From contig CAZQUL010000001.1 in NCBI GenBank assembly GCA_964596525.1, positions 1,079,723 to 1,143,722 on the forward strand: a stretch of DNA of 64,000 nt. Reading direction: 5' to 3'. The notes under the pieces are model-generated. The model saw only the letters and a program-made list of their open reading frames with translations, was not told the DNA's origin and did no database searches. This document shows positions 49,927 to 57,816 of the stretch, in pieces (within the stretch, counting starts at the first letter, position 1; every line of letters begins with the position of its first letter). A program made the position numbers and the translations under genes. The stretch is from an uncultured Gammaproteobacteria bacterium (GTDB lineage Bacteria > Patescibacteriota > Patescibacteriia > Magasanikbacterales > GWA2-37-8).

Positions 49927-51354
49927 TTAAGGGCCGCTTTGTTTTTTATGCTCACGCTGGTCGATGGGATCAAAAATAGATCGATCCAAAACCCCATGGA
50001 CCATAAAATCGGCTATGCGTTTGCCGCCGTAGATGGACGAAAGAATACCCACGCCATTGCAGCCCAGGTTATAAAGTAACACTGGGTTACATGGCTCCGG
50101 ACCAATAACACGCAGACCATGCGGCGTATATCCCATAAGCCCATGCCAGGTGAAGAGATAATCGAGTTTCTCGGGCGACGGTGCAAAGGCCGTCTTGAGG
50201 AACGCGGATATTTCTTCGCTCGCTCGCTCCGGAAAGTTAACGTCCGCGGTGAGATAGTCTTGTTTGCGATCTACATTATCTTCGGGCCCGCCGATGCACA
50301 CCAGGTTGCCATCGCCCAAGGTATTATGGTGGAAGCGGCGACGCGTGAGGTAAAAATAGGGATCTTCTTCATCCACCCGGCGCTGCGCACGACTCGTCTC
50401 ACGCCCGGCTGTCTCTCCGGATGGGAAGTAGCTAATAGCCTTAGGTTTACGTTGGTCATCTTCAAAATACGCGGCCATGTAACCAATTTTTCCAATAACC
50501 AGCTGGTGGAACGCCGGATCAATATCCTCACCCACCGTGTTGGTGAGCTTAAAATGTTCAAAACCGTTAGTGCAGAGCACGACCCGTTGAGCCGTAATCG
50601 CGTGGTTATTCACGCTCAACTGGGCTATGCCGTCTTTAAGCACCACTTCTTTAACCGGACTATGCTCAAACAGCCGGAAACGATCCGGGTACTGCTCAAG
50701 AAGCGACTCAACCATTTCTTCGCATAAAAGGGCGCTGTTCACGCACCCTTTCCGGGAAGCGAGCGCGGCGATGTAGCGCTCATCCTTGGTTTCGAGCAAA
50801 GTAAGAATATAATCATGATCAACCCGGGCGTAGAGCTCGCTATATTCGGACGGAATAGCAGCAATAATGTCCGGCCGGTTCACCACAAGCATACCTTCAA
50901 TATCAAGCCCGGCCTCACGCTGATACTTGATGTTGCGCAGATGGTCGATAATTTGCGTTATGGTAGAGCAGCCGGCGTATCCCGTAAATTTAGCCAGAGG
51001 TGCAGTAAGGCGCCCTTCCCAATACATCTCGTCAATCAGATCCCAGGCGTAAAAAATGGCTTCTTGCGCTTTAGCAGCAAGGGTCAATCCATACTGCTCG
51101 ACAAGGTGCGAAAACGGATGTTCAAAATAGCTGACGATCTGCCCAGCGTTGTGGCCGGTCGCACCGTGCGCCACCCGGCTTGCCTCAATAATCGTCACCG
51201 GACGATTGGTGTATTTGAGACAAAAAAAGGCAGTGGAAATCCCCGCGATGCCTGCCCCCACGATAACAATGTCGCCATCGAAGTCCTTATCGAGAATCTG
51301 GGGCGGGCGCTTTAACGACAACTGATGCAGCCAAGGGGATGAATTGCTTGCCAT
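49927..51354 (-). CDS. FAD-dependent oxidoreductase (DadA/PuuB-like)
   Basis: IVGAGIAG, GATGHNAG, CTNG, WHGLMGYT, GCNGVG. Confidence 0.85.
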   Translation of the reverse strand: MASNSSPWLHQLSLKRPPQILDKDFDGDIVIVGAGIAGISTAFFCLKYTNRPVTIIEASRVAHGATGHNAGQIVSYFEHPFSHLVEQYGLTLAAKAQEAIFYAWDLIDEMYWEGRLTAPLAKFTGYAGCSTITQIIDHLRNIKYQREAGLDIEGMLVVNRPDIIAAIPSEYSELYARVDHDYILTLLETKDERYIAALASRKGCVNSALLCEEMVESLLEQYPDRFRLFEHSPVKEVVLKDGIAQLSVNNHAITAQRVVLCTNGFEHFKLTNTVGEDIDPAFHQLVIGKIGYMAAYFEDDQRKPKAISYFPSGETAGRETSRAQRRVDEEDPYFYLTRRRFHHNTLGDGNLVCIGGPEDNVDRKQDYLTADVNFPERASEEISAFLKTAFAPSPEKLDYLFTWHGLMGYTPHGLRVIGPEPCNPVLLYNLGCNGVGILSSIYGGKRIADFMVHGVLDRSIFDPIDQREHKKQSGP

Positions 51355-51389
51355 ACGAGAACGAAAAGATCTAAGAATGAAAAGCCCTC

Positions 51390-52619
51390 CTATTCGGCCA
51401 AATAACCGAGCGGGTCAACCGGGATACCGTTCAAGCGCACCTCAAAGTGCAAGTGCGCACCAGTAACGAACGGGCCAGCACCCACGGTTCCGGGCGTACC
51501 CCCAGAATAGCCGATAATATCGCCTTTATTGACGTATTGCTCATTGCTCACCAAAATCGAACTCAAATGGCCATACACGGTCGATAAGTTGCTGGTGTGG
51601 ATAAGAAGTACATAGGCATAGCAGGTCGAACTGGTGCAGCGCCGTGCTTGGCCAACATAGCCCGAAGAAGCCGCTTTGACCGGCGTACCCTGCGCCGCAC
51701 GAATATCAATGGCATTATGCTCAAAGACCCGGCGATACGGATAGCTCGGATCGCGGAAACGGGCCGTGATGTAGCGGCTCGGTACCGGCCATACAAAATC
51801 CACATCCCCGACCGGCACGGTTTTGATTTTTTCCTGTTCGGCAAGTTTTTTCCGCACCTGTTCTTCGTAACTTCTCACTTCGTTTTCCACACTCTGGTAT
51901 TCGCGCTTCAAACCGTCGAGTAACGTCTGGTATTTCTTTTCCGAAGAGCGGGTGTCAGCCAAGAGCCCTTTGCGGGCATTCATCTGCTCGTTTAAATCCT
52001 GTCTTTTTTCGTTAAGTTCGGCCGTATAATCTTCCAAATTCTTCTTACGTTTGCTTACCTCCACCTGTTTTTCCATCAGTTGACCACGGCTCGTACGCAA
52101 AGCGGCCGTGGCGCGTCCTACATCACTATACACATCTTCCAGATTCTTCAGCTGCGAAAAAAATATGGCTAAATTTTCTTCCGTCAAAAGGATTTCGAGA
52201 GTATTTTTTTGGTCATCGGAATGAATGTTTTTGATGAGCGATTGCAGCATGGCTTTGTGCCGTTCCAATTCCTTAGTCTTGTCCGCAATGCCAAAATTTA
52301 GCAAATCAAGCTCGAGCCGCGTGGTTTCGAGCTTATCTTTCGCTACTTGAATTTCCACCCCCACCTGGTCGATGCGCGTATCGATGATCGAGAGCTGGTT
52401 TTGGAGCGATACGGCTTCGAGCTGCTTGGCTTCGATGGTTTTCTTGTAACTACCAATGGTGTCTTCGAGCTGTTTAATTTTGTCTTTATTCTGCTGAATT
52501 TTTTTGTTCAACTCATCGATTTCCTTCGTAGATTGCACGGTTTGCGAAAAGGTCGGCACTCCTCCGGTACCGAAAAAGATAAACAACGCACACAGGGCGG
52601 CGAGAAGTATTTTTTTCAT
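51390..52619 (-). CDS. Secreted coiled-coil M23 peptidase
   Basis: Signal peptide, long coiled coil, HNAID and HLHFEVR Zn ligands. Confidence 0.9.
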   Translation of the reverse strand: MKKILLAALCALFIFFGTGGVPTFSQTVQSTKEIDELNKKIQQNKDKIKQLEDTIGSYKKTIEAKQLEAVSLQNQLSIIDTRIDQVGVEIQVAKDKLETTRLELDLLNFGIADKTKELERHKAMLQSLIKNIHSDDQKNTLEILLTEENLAIFFSQLKNLEDVYSDVGRATAALRTSRGQLMEKQVEVSKRKKNLEDYTAELNEKRQDLNEQMNARKGLLADTRSSEKKYQTLLDGLKREYQSVENEVRSYEEQVRKKLAEQEKIKTVPVGDVDFVWPVPSRYITARFRDPSYPYRRVFEHNAIDIRAAQGTPVKAASSGYVGQARRCTSSTCYAYVLLIHTSNLSTVYGHLSSILVSNEQYVNKGDIIGYSGGTPGTVGAGPFVTGAHLHFEVRLNGIPVDPLGYLAE

Positions 52620-52694
52620 ATGGAGGTAGTATGCCACAGAGAACGAAGAAGAGGTAGTAGAGAAGGTAGCGCCCAACGCTACTTCCCGAATAAC

Positions 52695-52831
52695 GTCATT
52701 GCGAGTTGCGAGTTAGACGAGCGACGAAGCAATCCCTTCGTAATTCAGCGCTCACTCTGGTATCAGGGGGATTGCCCGCCCGGCACGCCTTTGCTGCCAT
52801 GGCGGACAGGCTTCGCTACGCTCGCAATGAC
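52695..52831. repeat. Long palindromic REP-like element, copy C (loop inverted, 36-bp nested insert)
   Basis: Same arms as copies A and B; insert at 52775-52810. Confidence 0.85.
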
Positions 52832-52841
52832 AGGAAGTTCT

Positions 52842-54320
52842 TTAGAGTAATTTTTCCAAAGCAAGCCTTAGGCGACGTACGCTTTCCTCTTTTCCAAGCG
52901 CCAACGCGATTTCGAATGGTCCCGGCGAATTCTGTTGACCCGAAAGCGCGATGCGCAACGGGGAGAGCACAGCGCCGTTACTAAGCGCCTTTTCCTGGAC
53001 GAAAGCTGCGATGATTTTTTCGAGTTCCGGCTTAGACCACTCACTCTCCCCTACCGACCCGAGCTTATCGACAAGGTTTTCGAGCACCATGCGCGCCTCT
53101 TCGGGAGTTCCTTTGCGCCATACCAGCAGCTCTTTCTCGTACGCCGGCAATTCAAAACAAAACGCGATCGCCCCCGGCAACTCACCAAGCGTCGTAATAC
53201 GGTCTTTTTCAAGAGCCACACAAGCCACGGTTTTCTCCCACGAAGCCGTCGTCGGCAAACCATAATCCACCGCTCGGCGCGCCACTTCTTCGGCACTCAT
53301 TTTTTTAAGGTATTCCTTGTTAAACCAGTTGAGTTTTTCGATATTAAACACCGAACCAGCTTTACTCACCTTTTCCAAACTGAATTCTTTGATGAGCTCG
53401 TCGAGCGAAAAAATCTCACGGTCGTCACCGGGATTCCAGCCAAGAAACGCAACAAAGTTAAGAAGCGCTTCGGGCAAGTAGCCTTTTTTGCGGTAATCTT
53501 CTACCGCCACATCGCCCTGGCGTTTGCTGAGTTTGGATTTATCAGGGTTGAGAATGAGGCCGAGATGCCCAAACTCAGGCGCCTGCCAGCCAAAGTATTC
53601 GTAGAGCTTGAGGTGTTTGGGAGTGCTCGAAATCCACTCTTCACCGCGGACAACATGAGTGATGTGCATGAGATGGTCGTCTACCACAACCGCAAAATGA
53701 TACGTCGGAAAACCGTCGGATTTGATGAGCACTTGGTCATCGATGAGGCGGTTATTAAACCGGATTTCTCCGCGGATAAGATCGTTAAACACTGTTTCAC
53801 CGGTCTGATCCATCTTCATGCGGATGACATACGGTGTTTGTTCTTTGAGCTTCGCTTCCACGTCGGCAGGCACAAGGCTCAAACATAAGCGGTCATAACT
53901 CGTTGCTTGCTTATTGGCTTCTTGACGCTTGCGGAGTTCTTCGAGGCGCTCGGACGTGCAGAAACAATAATAAGCCGTGCCGTTAGCGAGCAAGGTTTTG
54001 ATATGTTCATGGTAAATCGGCAAGCGCTCGGATTGAATGTATGAATCCGGTCCGCCTTTTTGACTTACTTTATATTCGCCGCGGGCCAACGCCTCTTCGT
54101 CAAGACACACGCCTTCATCGGGACGGATACCGGCCCAGTACATGGCTTTGAGCAAATTAAGCGTCGCATCGGCCACAAAGCGCTCGCGGTCAGTGTCTTC
54201 GATACGGAGTAAAAATTGGCCATTATTCTGTTTGGCCAAGATGTACGAATAGAGCGCCATCTTAAGAGTGCCGATGTGCATGTAACCAGTGGGGCTCGGG
54301 GCGATGCGGGTGCGGAACAT
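52842..54320 (-). CDS. gltX: Glutamate--tRNA ligase
   Basis: RIAPSPTGYMHIG, RIEDTD, YYCFCT, HVVRGEEW, KLSKR. Confidence 0.95.
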   Translation of the reverse strand: MFRTRIAPSPTGYMHIGTLKMALYSYILAKQNNGQFLLRIEDTDRERFVADATLNLLKAMYWAGIRPDEGVCLDEEALARGEYKVSQKGGPDSYIQSERLPIYHEHIKTLLANGTAYYCFCTSERLEELRKRQEANKQATSYDRLCLSLVPADVEAKLKEQTPYVIRMKMDQTGETVFNDLIRGEIRFNNRLIDDQVLIKSDGFPTYHFAVVVDDHLMHITHVVRGEEWISSTPKHLKLYEYFGWQAPEFGHLGLILNPDKSKLSKRQGDVAVEDYRKKGYLPEALLNFVAFLGWNPGDDREIFSLDELIKEFSLEKVSKAGSVFNIEKLNWFNKEYLKKMSAEEVARRAVDYGLPTTASWEKTVACVALEKDRITTLGELPGAIAFCFELPAYEKELLVWRKGTPEEARMVLENLVDKLGSVGESEWSKPELEKIIAAFVQEKALSNGAVLSPLRIALSGQQNSPGPFEIALALGKEESVRRLRLALEKLL

Positions 54321-54506
54321 ACGAGGAGCTTGTAGCTAGTTAGTTGGTAGCTTGCTAGGAGCAAGGTACCTAAAAGGTATGGTGATACTAGCAAATTAGC
54401 CGGTTTTTTCAAAGGTTAGGTTTGGATGGAGAGAAGTGAAGTGGCTTTTTAGCCCGTTAGCCGGTTAGGAACGTAGCTCGTTAGAAAGAAGACCCTCTTA
54501 AGCACT

Positions 54507-54646
54507 GTCATTGCGAGGAAGGAGTTAGATGACTGACGAAGCAATCCCCTTGATATCAAAGCGGGCTCTGAATTACGCAGGGATTGCCCGCCCGGCACGC
54601 CGTGCTGCCATGGCGGACGGGCTTCGTCGTGCCTCCTCGCAATAGC
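54507..54646. repeat. Long palindromic REP-like element, copy D (35-bp nested insert)
   Basis: Same arms and loop as copy A; insert at 54587-54621. Confidence 0.85.
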
Positions 54647-54697
54647 ACTATCTTCCAGGCATTTTACCATACCGTATAAAGATACTTTTACCTCAAT

Positions 54698-54730
54698 AAA
54701 AAAGCCCCCGCATCTTGCGATTTGGGGGCT
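54698..54730 (-). terminator. Intrinsic terminator
   Basis: AGCCCCC...GGGGGCT stem with an A-run on the left (T-run on minus strand). Confidence 0.65.
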
Positions 54731-54816
54731 GAAGGGTTAGGCCGTGGGCAGCGCATGCGCTTTCCACGAACCGTACCCTAACGACGAAGGCGGTAGCGAG
54801 AGGCGGCGGCCCTCGA

Positions 54817-55875
54817 CTACTTCAGGAGGACCGAGATGTTGCAGCCGTTCATGGCGCTGCAGCTCGCGTAGAGCTCGACGTTGCTGTCCGTCGTCCCGTC
54901 CTTCTTCTTGATCGCGCCCAGGAGCAGGGTCCGGAGCGCCGCGTCCATGTTGGACTGCGTGGCGTCGGGGTCGAGCTCGACCGTGCCGGTCTTGTAGACG
55001 CCCTCCACCAGCCAGCGGCGGCTGTCCTGGATGTTGGCCAGGATGGAGAAGCCGCTCTGGGTGGCGGTCGTCTTCTTGGGCGGGCAGAACTTGATGACGG
55101 TGCCCGCCGCGAGCATCTTGGCCCAGACGCCCGAGGGCGCCTTGACGGTCGTGTTGCCCGGCGTGGAGAGCGTCTCGCCCGAGAGCGGGCCGACGCTGCC
55201 GTCGTAGCGGATGCCGGACGGGACGGTCAGGACGTGCGACTCACAGTTGCTGAAGCTCACCTGCTCGCACATGCCGTTCGTGCTGTTGCAGAACTGCCCG
55301 GCCTGGCACGTCACGCCCTGGCACTTGTCGGTGGGCTGGGTCGTGGTCTCGCTGCACACGCTGTCCTTGCAGGTCAGGCCGACGGCGCACGCGCGGTCGC
55401 GGGTGCAGGCCGTGCCCTTGGGCAGCCGGGTGGCGCAGACCGAGCTCTGGGTGCAGAAGCCGGTCATGGTGCACGTCTGATCCTCGTTGGCGATCGTGCA
55501 GCTCGGGGCGGTGACGCAGACGGCCGGGTCACCCACGCCACCCTTCCAGGTGCAGAGCTGACCCTCGGTGCAGCCACCGTTGTTGGCGGAGCAGGGGTTC
55601 TGCACAGCGGAGGCGGGCAGGCAGGTCGGGACATCAGCGCCGACATCCAGGCAGGTGGTTCCGTTGGTGCACTTGGCGGCGAAGGCAGGATCCGAGGCGC
55701 AGCGGTTGGGGCCACAGAAGCCCTTCTGACCCGCGACGACGTTGGCGCCGATGCAGGTGTCGCCGGTGTTGCACTCGGCGGTCGAGGCGCAGCGCGGGGC
55801 ATCGCAACCCGCCATCTCCTGGGTGAGCAGGGCGAGGGCGGCGGCGGCGATCGAGTTGGCGAAGGTCTTCTTCAT
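54817..55875 (-). CDS. Cys-rich secreted or lipoprotein, GC-rich gene
   Basis: AAGGAG SD; signal ending MAGC; about 30 Cys in short disulfide-like repeats; promoter TTGACA-17-TATACT at 56059-56087. Confidence 0.8.
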   Translation of the reverse strand: MKKTFANSIAAAALALLTQEMAGCDAPRCASTAECNTGDTCIGANVVAGQKGFCGPNRCASDPAFAAKCTNGTTCLDVGADVPTCLPASAVQNPCSANNGGCTEGQLCTWKGGVGDPAVCVTAPSCTIANEDQTCTMTGFCTQSSVCATRLPKGTACTRDRACAVGLTCKDSVCSETTTQPTDKCQGVTCQAGQFCNSTNGMCEQVSFSNCESHVLTVPSGIRYDGSVGPLSGETLSTPGNTTVKAPSGVWAKMLAAGTVIKFCPPKKTTATQSGFSILANIQDSRRWLVEGVYKTGTVELDPDATQSNMDAALRTLLLGAIKKKDGTTDSNVELYASCSAMNGCNISVLLK

Positions 55876-56244
55876 GGGTCTTCTCCTTGTGGTCTACCTT
55901 CCCATCTTGTGGGAGGTTTCATGGTTCGGTTTCAGGATTCGCTACTTACCAAGCGCACGTACCTTATGTCGTTAGGGTAGTGTACTCGGCAAGGCCAGCA
56001 AATGACGATGGTTCATCAGTCACTGGCCTTGCGAGTACGTTGTAATGAACAACAGTATAGTATAACACAAATGGTGCCATTTGTCAAGCTTTTTTTGCTC
56101 TTATTTTAGCACCATTTCTCTTGCCGCAAGCGACTTGCGAAGAGAGAAATGGCGGGCGGAGAGTGAGAACTCACATCTCCGCCCTGAAGGCGACAGAAAC
56201 AAGGCGGTGGGTAGGGGTTCGTTCGGCGCTGAACCCCTGGACGA

Positions 56245-57297
56245 CTACTTGCGGATGCTCTTCTTGCCGATCGCGCCGATCCGCAGGTGGCTCATGAAGG
56301 CGAAGCGTCGCGTCGGCTCGTAGCCCTGGAAGGCAGCGTCACCGCCGCCGATGCCCGCATCGAGCTCGACGTAGGCGCCGCCGTTGTGCGGCACGTAGGC
56401 GAAGCCGAGCTTGGCGATGCCGACCCGCTCGCGATAGGTGCCCTCACCCACGATGGCGGTGTAGAGCAGATCGACGCCGGCCTTGAGCACCACGTTGCGA
56501 CCGACGTTGAAGAGGTAGGAGGGGCCGAACGTGAAGGTCAGGTTCTTGAGCGACCACACGTTGCCCTGGCCGATCACCTCCGGGTGCCAGTGCAGGCTCA
56601 GGTCGACCGCAGCGCCGTGCCGGCTGGCGTTGATGCGGTTGAAGGCGACGCCACCGAAGGCTCCGATCGCTCCGCCGCGGGGCAGCAGGCTCGAGTAGAG
56701 CAGGCTCGCACCGCCGTAGGGGCGCAGGATGCCGAAGATCGGGCCGCTCTCACCCTCCACCAGCTTCTGAGTCGAAGCGGGCGGAGCGGTCGTCGCGAGC
56801 GCCGGCTTGATGTCGGCGACGGGCGGCTTGGCAGAGGCGGGGCAGCCGTCGTTGACGGGCAGACCGGGCTCGTCCGGGCACTTGTCGATCCCGTTGGCGA
56901 GGCCATCGTGATCGCGATCCGGATCGGGCTGGGTGGGCTGCTCGTAGACCACGACGGGCTGCGGGGCGGGGGCGGGCTGCACGACGACCGGGGGCGCCGC
57001 AGGCGCGGGGTTGACCACGACCGGCGGACCGCCGGTGCGGCCGTCCTTGAGCTCCACCACCACTTTGACCTCCTGCGGCTTGGAAGGCTCGACGGCCTTC
57101 GCGGCGGGCGGGGGCGGCGGGAGCCGCTTGGGGGCGGCGCGGCGCACGGGGCGGGGTCGGGGGGGCTTCGGTGCCGGGTTGCAGCGCGGATCATCGGCCG
57201 CCGGGGGCGGGGCCGTCTCGGCCAGCACCACAGTGGCGCCGGTCAGGACGATGCCGAGCACGAGGCAGGAGGCAACAAGGCGGGTGGACTTCATCAT
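56245..57297 (-). CDS. Secreted Pro-rich protein with thrombospondin type-3 repeat and beta-barrel-like C-domain, GC-rich gene
   Basis: Signal peptide; DRDHDGLANGIDKCPDEPG..NDGCP; alternating amphipathic beta strands; AAGGAG SD. Confidence 0.75.
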   Translation of the reverse strand: MMKSTRLVASCLVLGIVLTGATVVLAETAPPPAADDPRCNPAPKPPRPRPVRRAAPKRLPPPPPAAKAVEPSKPQEVKVVVELKDGRTGGPPVVVNPAPAAPPVVVQPAPAPQPVVVYEQPTQPDPDRDHDGLANGIDKCPDEPGLPVNDGCPASAKPPVADIKPALATTAPPASTQKLVEGESGPIFGILRPYGGASLLYSSLLPRGGAIGAFGGVAFNRINASRHGAAVDLSLHWHPEVIGQGNVWSLKNLTFTFGPSYLFNVGRNVVLKAGVDLLYTAIVGEGTYRERVGIAKLGFAYVPHNGGAYVELDAGIGGGDAAFQGYEPTRRFAFMSHLRIGAIGKKSIRK

Positions 57298-57554
57298 GGC
57301 GAACTCCTTTTTTCTGTGTCAGCAAGCAGTCGGTTGGTAGTCGCCCCAGAGGGGTTGGCTCTGGGCAGTCCTTCTCTGGGACGTACTCAAAAGAGATTGC
57401 TCTTCTCAGTACGTCCCAGAGTTATTTGTTTCTGTCATTTGTAATGAACATTCATCCGTTACGGTCTTAAAAAGCTATGCATCTCGTAAAAGGTACGTAC
57501 TGAAGGGTACAATCGGTCAAGGAGATCTATAGCTTTTCAAGTGCGTAACGACAT

Positions 57555-57667
57555 ACTATATCACACTTTTAGCTTTTCGTCAAGTCCGGCTTAACGCACT
57601 GTTTGCGTGGATCTTAGCGAAGAATCAATTAACAACTAACTATACCACATTTTTACCTACGTGTCAA
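57555..57667 (-). promoter_or_regulatory. Two tandem sigma70 promoters
   Basis: TTGACG-17-TATAGT (57555-57583) and TTGACA-17-TATAGT (57639-57667). Confidence 0.65.
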
Positions 57668-57766
57668 GATTGTGGAAAAGGAGTAAACGGGGCAGAGGTT
57701 GGCCAAAAGAACCCTAAAATAGCCACTTCCCCACCCTATCACAAAGGCTTTTTTGCTGTCAAAATA

Positions 57767-57792
57767 CAACAACGTCCCTAGGGACGTTGTTG
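57767..57792. terminator. Perfect 26-bp palindrome, probable terminator
   Basis: CAACAACGTCCCTAGGGACGTTGTTG, about 25 bp past the stop of the giant ORF. Confidence 0.55.
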
Positions 57793-57816
57793 ATAGTAAG
57801 GCCAGATTTGCTGAAA

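Noticed and set aside
54327-54356. Degenerate 7-8 bp tandem units (AGCTTGT-like) upstream of gltX
   Set aside because: Only about four poorly conserved units; cannot be distinguished from chance.
56156-56165. 10-bp match (GCGGAGAGTG) to the tRNA-Ser 3' end as a possible att site
   Set aside because: Too short, lies in a hairpin, is on the wrong side of the tRNA, and the interval contains core genes.
55234-57444. Long plus-strand ORFs (248 and 385 aa)
   Set aside because: Expected from the strong GC3 bias of the minus-strand genes, which carry the SD, promoter and signal peptides.
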